Assembly (NCBI GenBank): GCA_002269645.1
Contig: NIVC01001515.1
Location: forward strand, 62,001 to 126,000
Source of the DNA: Macrostomum lignano
Taxonomy: Eukaryota
Reading direction: 5' to 3'
Length of the DNA: 64,000 bases
Shown here: one piece after another, positions 28,255-39,265 of the stretch
Layout: every line of letters starts with the position of its first letter
Position numbering within the stretch: the stretch's first letter is position 1
Notes under the pieces: generated by a model
The model's database searches: none
Told to the model about the DNA's origin: nothing
Seen by the model: the letters and a program-made list of their open reading frames with translations, nothing else
Made by a program: the position numbers and the translations under genes

Positions 28255-29484
28255 AATTAGATAATTATTCTTTTATGAAACTATTTGAATATAGTTAAAA
28301 ATAATGTCTGAAAAACTATAAAATTCAATCGCTAATTTAAGCTTTAGGCTTGGCTCAGCTCAAAATTTCTTTTAGTAAAAAGGACATTTACATTTACAGA
28401 AATTGGACATGGAGCCTTGCCTTTTTAAAAGACTAAGTCTAAGGCATTAACATTTTGCAATCTTGCAACTCAGCAACTGCTAGACAAAGCAATCACAAGA
28501 ATCAATAAAAAGCAATACAGTAGCTTCTTGTGCAGTCAAAAAAGCAAAAAAGCAATTTTTGATTGGCCTGGAAAAAAGGCAATTTTTTTATTCTTCGCAA
28601 AACTGATCAAATTTCATAATTACAAAATGCAAAAGTCCAGTTAAATAATTTTTTTAGACAAAGTTGAAAAATAATAAACCATGTAACAACATTGAAACAT
28701 TATCAAATCTGATCAGTAATTATACTCAGAACTTTTAAATTTTTTAGAAAATCTGCACATTTAGTTTAGAAGAAACAAAACATAAGTTAAAATTAGTTAT
28801 AGGAATAAGAAGTTTTAACCGGAACAAAAACGATCAATCGACAAATAATTTAGTCTGCTACTGATTGATTGCTGATAAGCTGTCGCCTGTCTGCTGTAAA
28901 ATTGAACACTTTGAACAAAATTTTGAACAGTTTTTGTGAAATTGAACGCAAAATTGACTTTTTATTCCCTCATACGGGTCGGGAACGTATTGAAAAGTAC
29001 CGCGGGGTATAGCTTGGCAGTCCCCCTAATATTGATACTATACGTCAGTGGCGCTATTTCTATTGATAAATCGCCTTCATAAAATGCAAAAAATTCCTGC
29101 AAAGTTTAAAAAATATGGGGGGAAACACGCCTCCAGGTCCATCTGTTTTGACGCCTAACATATGCATGTACATATAATTAATATCCTCTTTACTTGAACA
29201 TGCTAGAAAAATTTAGGGAGCAAGCCGAGCTTCTTCATTTTCGAATAGGGGCAAATGTATATGTAAATTGCTAGAATTCCTTCTAGCTTGTCAAGACACT
29301 TTGCTTTGATAGAAAATCGAAATTTTGAAATTTCCTCAATGTTTTTATAAGTTAAAAACTATATAATCTCTCCACGAAAGCACATTTGTGGTCATACATT
29401 ACTCATGCTTATATTTGACCGACAACGATCATTTATCCAGCAGTCATAAAGTCTAATCACTTTATCAGCAATTATCTGTGTTAA

Positions 29485-30310
29485 GGAGTACCGCGGACAT
29501 TTCTTCGGTGCCAGAGACTGCGGTGGTCCAGTCACTTCCGGTGCCTTGATGAACTACTTGTAGATGTTGGAGTGTATATAGTGACTGCGGTTAATTTACT
29601 TTACTTTGATGCTATAATTGTTTTATGGCTGTGAGAACACCAGCGATGGAAATAGTCGAGGAGAAGCTGCTCGCAGCTCAAGCTGATTTCAATCACAAAC
29701 CAAATCTGCCTGGGCTTGAGAATTTTGCCCGAATGGCAAACAGGCAACGTAAGCAGCAGCGGCCGAATGAGCCGAGGATCTTCTGTTCGAGGTGAACACT
29801 AACGCTCAGCTCCCGGCCACTTTCCTACGGTGCGGTCTGCAGCTGAGTTCAACAAGAAGTTCAACAAGCTGCACTGGAGTTCGACGTCTTCGAATGTACG
29901 TGTTCAGGTCCGCGGCTGCAACTTACCTAGCTGTCGCAGGCGATCTTCTCACAGTTCACTTAGAGGGGCCTGCGAACTGCGTACCGGACGAACCAGCACT
30001 CAGCTTCCTGCCAGCTAAGAAAATGCTGCCGTGCCTTGAGCAGCTCCTGCAGGCAACCATCACAAAGCGTAACAGCTTTGCTTACGTAACAGACTTGACA
30101 CCACTTGCTCTGGCACCCAACTGTCTTGCACCGAAGTGACTAATTGACACCGCTTGCTCTGGCACCCAACTGTCTTGCACCGAAATGACTAATTGACACC
30201 ACTTGCTCTGGCACCCAACTGTCTTGCACCGAAATGACTAATTGACACCACTTGCTCTGGCACAAAGTGTCTGGCATAAAAATATCCGGCACCGAAGTGT
30301 CTGGCAATTC
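29485..30310 (+). mobile_element. Degenerate MULE/MuDR-like DNA transposon remnant
   Basis: Frameshifted translation from 29647 gives KPNLPGLENFARMANRQRKQQRPNEP/DLLFEVNT...FLR...RRLRMYVF, resembling the LPxLENLARxANRxR..RPxEPxDLxF region upstream of the MULE catalytic domain. cggtgcc motifs on the left face ggcaccg repeats on the right, including about three ~51-bp tandem units at 30100-30260. Confidence 0.6.
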
Positions 30311-30384
30311 AAAAATGGCAAATAGACTTGGCTTAATTGCGGCAGTCACTTGTCGTAGACCCTCCTATATGCATTGTACAAGAG

Positions 30385-30465
30385 TATATTACATGTAATG
30401 TATTATTGATATATTGATATTGATATTAATATTGATTAATATTGATTGATATTGATATTGATATT
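30385..30465. repeat. (ATTGAT)n simple repeat
   Basis: Direct tandem array. Confidence 0.85.
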
Positions 30466-31123
30466 CAATTAAAAGTCCGTAGATTTATTGCTGTTGATAT
30501 ACATGTAGACCAGTCTGTAGAGGTGGGTAAGTAATAATAAATATTCACACAGAAAGCTGCAAGGCTTGTACTCGTTGGCCAAACAGAGAGGGTGTTTAAT
30601 AAGTAACTGAACAGAAACTTCAAAACGGCCGTTGCATCTTTTATGAAGAATGGGGCACAATACTAAATAAAAGAATAGCTTTCAGCTAGCTGCAGGCTGG
30701 CAGTAAAGAATCGAGCCATTTCTTTTCGGTACAGTCTGCATTGGATCTACTCAGTTTTTCTCGCTGCTCGAGAGGGAATTGCGCATGGATATGTTAAAAA
30801 TATACATGCTAAATGCTGAGAGAATAGTACCGAATCCATAGTTTTTGAAAGCGCAAAGAAGCCGTAATAGTCATCTATTCGAACCATACTTACTACTCTG
30901 ACATGATTATTTAGTGAGAAATGTTTCAGTGTGGTAGAAATATAGGTTAGGGCTACATGCAGTTGATAAAATTATACGAGCTACAACGCGAGAAGCTGCA
31001 TACACGACAATTCACATGGCATGCAAGGCAAGTTAGTTGCTTGTACATGCAATACCGACTAGACAATGGCGGTATAACAAAACAGAGGTTCCAGTAATAA
31101 AAACGCGCCGTTCTATTAATGAG

Positions 31124-32095
31124 TCAACTATTTGGCACCAGCGGCGGCAGGGACAAGCACTGTTCTTGGCTCCACAGTCGCATGGGCGGCTGTTCACCCG
31201 AGCCTCGCAGACTAACTGGCGTAGGCCTTGGAAACCGGCGCTTAGGTAGCAACCCGCCGCCGCTGCTACTGGTGCTGACGGCCCCGCTGTCAATGGCACC
31301 ACCGCCCCCGCCGCCAGCGCCGTCGACAACGGACGGAGCGTCCACCGCGACAGGCTCGGGTCGGCTTCGATGCAGCAGAGACGATTTCAGAAGACGCCGA
31401 GTAGCCAGGTCCGAGTGGGTATAGCTCAGACGGACCAGTCTGAGAAGCTGCTCAGTTGGACCAGTTGAGACCGGGCGAGTCAGTGGACGCGACTGCTGAC
31501 GGCTCGGTGCTGGCGGTGCCGGCGATGGAGCTGGCGCAGCTCGCCAGGGTGATGAAGAAAGCGAAGCTTGCTGCTGCTGATTTTGCGGAGTCGATGGCTC
31601 AGAATCTTCCTGTAGCTGCACTTGAGTAGCTTCGAACTCTTCTACATCCGCAGCGTCAGTTGAATTACCTTGAAGCGAGGATGGAGACGGCGATGACTGG
31701 TCCGGCGGAGTCAGTGGAGCGGCGGCCAGCTCAGAGGCGTCGATGTCACTGCTGCATGAACAGGCGAAACCAGTAACTGGCAGGAGAACGAGAGCCAGAG
31801 CTGCTTCTGTCGGGCTGGCGGGCCGGCTGACTTTCGTCAGGCGACGTCGTGAAGAGGGCGAGCACCAGAACTCGAAGGTGACCTCCGGCTGGGTGCGGCG
31901 CTGCCACTGCAGCCGGGACTCCGCCGACCAGCCAGACAGTCGGGAGCCGCCAGCAACTGCGCGAAAGTCTTGAGTAGAAACCGGTTGTTTTTGCTGATGC
32001 GGCCAGGGCCGAGTGGATGTACTGCGTTGGCTTGCGCGCTGGGTGGAGGCGGATTGCTGACTGGCCGCGCTGAAGGGTTTCGCAGCGAAACTCAT
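31124..32095 (-). CDS. Single-exon orphan ORF, Ser/Pro/Gln/Ala-rich, probably largely disordered (~323 aa from ATG 32095; frame open to 32185)
   Basis: More than 1 kb of uninterrupted, GC-rich, non-repetitive reading frame between two noncoding tracts. No family recognised. Confidence 0.55.
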   Translation of the reverse strand: MSFAAKPFSAASQQSASTQRASQRSTSTRPWPHQQKQPVSTQDFRAVAGGSRLSGWSAESRLQWQRRTQPEVTFEFWCSPSSRRRLTKVSRPASPTEAALALVLLPVTGFACSCSSDIDASELAAAPLTPPDQSSPSPSSLQGNSTDAADVEEFEATQVQLQEDSEPSTPQNQQQQASLSSSPWRAAPAPSPAPPAPSRQQSRPLTRPVSTGPTEQLLRLVRLSYTHSDLATRRLLKSSLLHRSRPEPVAVDAPSVVDGAGGGGGGAIDSGAVSTSSSGGGLLPKRRFPRPTPVSLRGSGEQPPMRLWSQEQCLSLPPLVPNS

Positions 32096-32804
32096 CTCTG
32101 CCCGCAACGGTAGTCGAGCTAGCGTACAGTATAGTAAAGAGCGACCGTAGAAGGACAAAACGGCAGACAAAACAGCAAGGTGCAAGGTGCTGCTCAGTTA
32201 ATGGACGGCTCGCTTTAGATCGCTGGGTCTTTTAAACGACTGCTCGCCTCTTCTCTCGGTACCATTATGCGCCAACGGCTAAACTATTTGTATGCGAGCG
32301 TAGCTACAAGCTGTGGCAAACAAAACGCCGCGTAGGCAGTTAAGAGTAAGGGAGCAATATGGCCAGGCTGGTAGCAGGAGTTTGAGTGGCGCATTAGGAG
32401 GGCCAGTATAGAGAAAAAATCGCCTCGGTATCTGCGCAGCCAGACGCTGCTGCAGTTGAAAGAAAACACCTCCAGACGTAGTGCTACAATGCGGTGCATA
32501 GGTGTGTTGAGCCCTATAAAGCAGTGCGCCATTTTATAATTATAATAAGCTCTAAGCCATTAAAGCGACAGATGTCGTCACTCCGTGTCCAGGCAACTGA
32601 AAGATGAAACGTTAGTAGCTGCAGCTCGAGTGGAGTGTCTCGCATGCAGAACAGTTTGGACTCAAGTCTCAAACTAAACAGCTATTGGGGCATGCGTCGT
32701 CTGCTATGGATAAAACCTTAGGAGAGCGTATACGGAATACGCAACAGCCCCGAATAGTTTCAGCAGTGTTTCAGAGCAATTTCAGCAGCATTCAACATCT
32801 TTGA

Positions 32805-33180
32805 AACATCACATGACTCCGTCGAAACATTCCAGATTCGATCAAGACATTTTACTGTTGAGACATCCCACGACTCCATCGAGACATTCCCGATTCCCGG
32901 CTCCGTCGAGACATTCCTGACTCCTTTGAGCCATTCCCGACTCCGGCGAGACATCCTACGACTCCGTCGAGACATTCCCAATACCCGGACTCTGTCAAGA
33001 CATTCCCCGACTCCTTCGAGACATTCCCAACTCAATCGAGACACTCCAGACTCCGTCGAGACATTCCTGACTCCGGCGAGACATACCTGACTCCGTCGAG
33101 ACATTCCCGCAACTCCGTCGAGACATCCCACAACCCGTCGAGATGTTTCACGACTTTCGGTCTCCCCATGACTGTCGAGA
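32805..33180. repeat. ~21-bp minisatellite (gactccgtcgagacattcc)
   Basis: About 17 diverged copies. Confidence 0.9.
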
Positions 33181-33807
33181 AAGCAGATAGTATCACATAT
33201 TAGAAAGAAACACAAATTTTATCACATTTCTATCCACGGCAGTAGCGCTTGGTCGCAGACCTTCGTGACGACTTCCTTCTAATAAAAATAGAATTGATAA
33301 ACTATTAGCGAATTAAAAAGAAAAAAAATCACACAGCAGCAGCATTTAAATCTCAATTTTGGCTTGAGAGTCATGTGATCAGCAGTTTAATAAAATCGGT
33401 ACAAAATTGATGTATTTTTGACACGAAAATTTGAGCTAAAATCGTGCAAACTTTTTACTACGACCGAAATTGTGATCTTGAATCTGTAAAGATCCAATGG
33501 AAGCAGATTTTGCTGGTGGGGAGGATCAAGGAGTGGCAAGAGTCCTAGCAGTCTATTGACTAATTAATACAAATCAATTCAAGCATGCAACCTTCGATAG
33601 AAAAAAAAGAGATTCATGTTTTTAAAATCGAGACTAAAGGCAAGACTTAGAAGATTAAAGAAGACAATGACTAAAAATGTGAACACTACTAATTATTCAA
33701 TCTAGTAGTATATGTTGAAAAACTATCGTCTTAAACAGTTTCTTTCTAACCAATAAGCAGAGGAAAGTGTAGCTTGGCAGCGTTGATCCAGCAGTTCCCA
33801 CAGAGCT

Positions 33808-36800
33808 TTAAAGTTCGTCGCGAACTCCCGGGCCGGTCCAATCGCAGCGGCAGTCGCTGTCACTGGGCTGTTTAATATGCTCGTAGCTCTGCGACACGGC
33901 AACCGGACTGCGCAACAATTGGCCGTAACGTTCCAGCACCTGGCCCAGGTAGCACAGCACCTGTTCGGGCATCAGCCGGTTGAGCACGAATTGGCGGCCA
34001 GACTCGCCGATTTTCTCCGCCTGCGAGTCGTGCGCCCGCAGCCAGGCCAGCCGCTCTTCCAAGTCGCCGAGGTCCTCGCGAAGGGGCACGTAGTGCTTCA
34101 TGGGCTCCAGGTCCCGGTAAAAGTGCTCATAATAGTCTGAGTCCTGCTTCAGCACCGGACTGCCGCCGGCTAACAGGAAGGGCAAACGGTAGGCGGCCAC
34201 CGTGCCGTCTATGCTCACCTATGAAGATGAATTGAGTAATGTAGAGAGAAATATTACTTAATAGAAAATGCTAATACTGGGTAGCAGCTTTTTCAACACT
34301 ATATACACATTTTTTGTTGCAGACTCTGCTGCAGAATGAGTCATTGCCGCGATAGAGGGAATGGGTCATTGATTATAGGGAATGGGTCACTGATTATAGG
34401 GAATGGGTCATTGATTTTAGGGAATGGGTCACTGATTATAGGGAATGGGTCATTGATTATAGGGAATGGGTCACTGATTATAGGGAATGGGTCACTGATT
34501 ATAGGGAATGGGTCATTGATTATAGGGAATGGGTCACTGATTATAGGGAATGGGTCATTGATTATAGGGAATGGGTCATTGATTCTAGGGAATGGGTCAT
34601 TGATTCGATGAAATGGGTCATTGATTCTATGAAATGGGTCATTGATTCTATGAAATGGGTCATTGATTCTATGAAATGGGTCATTGATTCTAGGAAACGG
34701 GTCATCATTGATAGAAAATCGGTCACTGATTCTATGGAAAGGGTCATTGCTTAGATGTATAGGGAATGGGTCGTAATTGGGTCGTTACTGTTGCTACGTA
34801 ATGGGTCAATGTTGCTACGTAATGGGTCAATGTTGCTAGATAATGGGACATTGGATTCTAGATAATGAGTCACATTGTTGCTAGAAAATTGGTCATTGAA
34901 TTTAAGAAACGGGTCATTAGGTTTGAGAGAATGGGCCATTGATCCTATGGAATAGGTCATTGATTTTAGGGAATGAGTCACTGTTAAAGATAATGGGTCA
35001 TTTTCTCTAGAGAATGAGTCATCGCATGGTTGTACCTGATACTTGTACTTGAAGAAATCGCCGAGCGGCACGTGTTTCACAATATCGCCCAAAGATTTCT
35101 CGTGCTGAAAGAAGAACATATTAGTCAGTCGAGCGTCCACCAGGTCAGGCTTGGCCATAGACAGTTGGACCAGCTCCAGCCGGCGTTTATTAGAATCCCT
35201 GCCTCTAAAGAACGCCCTGGACAGGCGGTTGGGCCACCTGTAGCGCATGGAATCGTGGGCTGTTCGCATCAAATCATTATAGATTCGATCCATCATGCTC
35301 ACTGTGGCTTCGGTCAGCTCGTAGGTTGGCAGCACAATGTCCGAGGTGTGACGTGAGCCGCACCAGCTTAGAATAGGCAGGTGTGGCAGCCGGTCCAGTC
35401 GGCTGAGCGGCCAGTCGCCCAAGTTCAAAATGAAGTCCAGATCAGGGGCGCGGAATTTCCGCAGCAGGCTCAAAAGCAGAGGGTCGCTCATGAATGTGAA
35501 ACCTGGTGAATTTAATGGGGGTCGACTCTTGATCAAGTTAACGCTTCGGTTTTATTGAAGCTCAGGTCAGACAGGGGCATAACTTTTAGCCAGGAATTCT
35601 GGGGGCGGGGGGCGCTTCTATGGGGCGCCATTTCATTTCAGTGAAGGACACAGTAGTATAGCCCAAAGCTGCTGTCAAGGGGGCGCCCAAGCTGCTGTCA
35701 AGGGGCGTCAAAGCTTCTGTCAAGGGGCGCTAAAGCTGCTGTCAAGGGGCGCTAAAGCTGCTGTCAAGGGGCGCTAAAGCTGCTGTCAAGGGGCGCCAAA
35801 GCTGCTGTCAAGGGGCGCCAAAGCTTCTGTCAAGGGGCGCTAAAGCTGCTGTCAAGGGGCGCCAAAGCTGCTGTCAAGGGGCGCTAAAGCTGCTGTCAAG
35901 GGGGCGCCAAAGCTGCTGTCAAGGGGGCGCCAAAGCTGCTGTCAAGGGGGCGCCAAAGCTGCTGTCAAGGGGCGCCAAAGCTGCTGTCAAGGGGCGCCAA
36001 AGCTGCTGTCAAGGGGCGCTAAAGCTGCTGTCAAGGGGGCACCAAAGCTGCTGTCAAGGGGCGCTAAAGCTGCTGTCAAGGGGGCTCCCAAGCTGCTGTC
36101 AAGGGGCGCCAAAGCTGCTGTCAAGGGGCGCCAAAGCTGCTGTCAAGGGGCGCTAAAGCTGCTGTCAAGGGGGCGCCAAAGCTGCTGTCAAGGGGCGCTA
36201 AAGCTGCTGTCAAAGGGCGCTAAAGCTGCTGTCAAGGGGCGCCAAAGCTGCTGTCAAGGGGCGCCAAAGCTTCTGTCAAGGGGCGCTAAAGCTGCTGTCA
36301 AGGGGGCACCAAAGCTGCTGTCAAGGGGCGCCAAAGCTGCTGTCAAGGGGCGCTAAAGCTGCTGTCAAGGGGCACCAAAGCTGCTGTCAAGGGGGCGCCA
36401 AAGCTGCTGTCAAGGGGCGCTAAAGCTGCTGTCAAGGGGCGCCAAAGCTGCTGTCAAGGGGCGCCAAAGCTTCTGTCAAGGGGCGCTAAAGCTGCTGTCA
36501 AGGGGGCACCAAAGCTGATGTCAAGGGGCGCCAAAGCTGCGGTCAAGGGGCGCTAAAGCTGCTGTCAAGGGGCGCCAAAGCTGCTGTCAAGGGGCGCCAA
36601 AGCTGCTGTCAAGGGGGCGCCAAAGCTGCTGTCAAGGGGGCGCCAAAGCTGCTGTCAAGGGGCGCGAAAGCAGCTGTCAAGGGGGCGCCCAAGCTGCTGT
36701 CAAGGGGCGCTAAAGCTGCTGTCAAGGGGGCACCAAAGCTGCTGTCAAAGGGCGCCAAAGCTGCTGTCAAGGGGCGCAAAAGCAGCTGTCAAGGGGGCGC

Positions 36801-37908
36801 CCAAGCTGCTGTCAAGGGGCGCTAAAGCTGTCAAGGGGCGCCAAAGCTGCTGTCAAGGGGCGCTAAAGCTGCTGTCAAGGGAGCGCCAAAGCTGCTGTCA
36901 AGGGGCGCAAAAGCAGCTGTCAAGGGGGCGCCCAAGCTGCTGTCAAGGGGGTGCCAAAGCTGCTGTCAAGGGAGCGCTAAAGTCAATTTTTTATCAGGGG
37001 CGCCATATCCTTTTATTTGTCAATAAGAGTGAAAAACACGGCCCCTTGCCCTTTTGAGGTCAAATAAGATAGTTGAAATGGTCAAAAAGACCTCATGAAT
37101 TATGTGTTTTCTCTAAGCGAAAACAATATTAAGGTATATTCTGCAGCATAGAGTCTTCCACTCTAGTAGCAATTGACCGCAAAAAGTGTAGCACAGCTGA
37201 CTGGGGGTTATCTACATTAACTGCTATTCTTAGCCAACAGTACTAACCAGTATGCTTGCCAAAGCAGCTTCTGTACAACTCGTTGTCCTTAATAACGTAT
37301 CGACAATAGGCGTAAGCCCCGTCATTATCAAACCGCTTGGCAGCCTCGGCGGCCACTATAGGCATCTGGATGCCGGCTGGGCCGGAGAATCGGGCAAAGT
37401 CGGCCTCCAATTGGCTGTAATTGAACGACCTGCAGCCGTGATAATCTAGCCAGCCGGACAAGTCCATCTGCGGACAATTGCACTGCTCATCCCTGAGCGG
37501 GCCAGACAGGCGGTAAGGCGACTGGGCTACCGGCATGCCAAAGTAGAACACAGACAAGCTGGCATCGCTGTGCACCGTCTCATGCAGGCGGTAGCGCAGG
37601 ACGTACAGGCCGCCGCCAAGTCGGAGCGCCTCGCTGGTGTAGCGAAGTCGGCGATCTTCCGAGCCTGCGGCGCTCAGCTCCAGCCGGAGGGCGTCGCTGT
37701 CCACCTCAGGCAGGCTGGCATCGTCCAGCTGACGGCCGGCAGTGTCGCGCATCTGCACGAACAGGTAGCGAACTGGCAGAGTCCGGCGGCCGTCGAGGCC
37801 GGGCCCGAACACCAGAAAGTTGGCCGGGTCGGGCAGCGGCCCGGAGGCGGCAACTGCAAAACTGAGCAGGCAAAATGCCGGCAGCAACAGCAAGGCTGAC
37901 AGTCCCAT
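33808..37908 (-). CDS. KDELC1: KDELC/POGLUT2-3-like protein O-glucosyltransferase (filamin-like Ig domain + GT90/CAP10); 3 exons 37908-37248, 35502-35036, 34218-33808; ~512 aa
   Basis: Signal peptide; VFGPGL..LPVRYLFVQ filamin-type repeat; CNCP; [68 protein letters not shown]; C-terminal ER-retention signal RDEL. Intron phases match. Confidence 0.93.
34355..34990. repeat. 21-bp minisatellite (gggaatgggtcattgattata) filling KDELC intron 2
   Basis: Perfect copies grade into degenerate copies. Confidence 0.93.
35665..36980. repeat. 21/22-bp minisatellite (ggggcgccaaagctgctgtcaa) in KDELC intron 1
   Basis: About 60 copies. Confidence 0.98.
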
Positions 37909-38661
37909 TGCAATAGGAAAACGACAGGGAGATCGCAAAGCCAGGGCAGCAAGTGGATCGGATAGATTTAAGCCTTAAGAATGGCTGCAACACGCTATAG
38001 AGCACCGCCAGCTGTCGCTTCCAAGCCAGCCCCAAAAATTTCCTTCTCTGCCGCCTTCGGTACTCAGTGGATTAATTTAATCACCGCACAGAGTAGTGAA
38101 TGAAGGAAGAGATTTAGGGGCAGCCGGCGCCCTCGCAGCTCCCGTTGCTGCTGGCTGTGCGAAGCAGAATGTCTGTAATTAATTCAGAATTTGCATCGAA
38201 GTCAATTAGTTTCTTTCTGCTATTATTTCTGAGAGCAGGATTTGTCGCACATGTGGCCTAGGTCATGCGTAGAATGGCTTGGAACTAAGGATGGCCTTGT
38301 CACTAGCTACTTATTAAAGTAGAAATCTTGCCCCCACACATTGAATGCAAATAGGTACGACAACATACGTTATTCAAAGGAAATAGTTGCAAATTAAGGT
38401 ACTCGTCGTGTTATACAGTGTAATCTTTTAAGATAGATTAAGATTCTACTTAAAAAAGTCATAGAGGTATGTGTAAGAGTAAAAATTCTGGTTCGTAAGT
38501 AGTTTCTGTTGGATAGCGATCGCAAACTTTTCCTGTATTAATCAATAGACTAATTTTCAAACCACTGATACATTGGTGATAGTTTGATAAACTGAACGAA
38601 GTCTGACAGTAATCAAAGGGTAAAACTGAATTGATAAAATTTCTCTATAAATTATGATTAA

Positions 38662-39265
38662 TCCAGCTACAGAAGGGGTGCCAGCTACAGGAAGGGTGCC
38701 AGTTAAAGAGGAGGCGCCAGCTACAGAGGGGGCACCAGCTACAGAGGGGGCACCAGCTACAGAGGGGGCACCAGCTACAGAGGGGGCACCAGCTACAGGA
38801 AGGGTGCCAGTTAAAGAGGAGGCGCCAGCTACAGAGGGGGGGGCAAAAGCTACAGAAGGGGGCATCTGCTACAGGAAGGGTGCCAGTTAAAGAGGAGGCG
38901 CCAGCTACAGAGGAGGGGCAAAAGCTACAGAAGAGGGGCATCTGCTACAGAAGGGGGGCACCAGCTACAGAGGGGGCACCAGCTACAGAGGGGGCACCAG
39001 CTACAGAGGGGGCACCAGCTACAGAGGGGGCACCAGCTACAGGAAAGGTGCCAGTTAAAGAGGAGGCGCCAGCTACAGAGGAGGGGCAAAAGCTACAGAA
39101 GAGGGGCAACTGCTATAGAAAGGGGGGGCACCAGCTACAGAGGGGGCGCCAGCTACAGAGGAGGTGCCAGCTACAGAGGGGGCACCAGCTACAGAAAGGG
39201 TGCCAGCTACAGAGAGGGCACCAGTTACAGAGGGGGCACTAGCTACAGAGGGGTGCTAGCTGTAG
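38662..39265. repeat. 18-bp minisatellite (ccagctacagagggggca) with higher-order blocks
   Basis: Direct tandem array. Confidence 0.93.

Noticed and set aside
35665-36980. Regular 21-32-bp arrays here and elsewhere as possible CRISPR arrays
   Set aside because: The repeats are head-to-tail with no unique spacers, there are no cas genes, and the context is eukaryotic and intronic.
35573-37055. Possible CAGGGGC-type MITE ends around the KDELC intron-1 minisatellite
   Set aside because: The terminal similarity is short and imperfect, and no target-site duplication was found.
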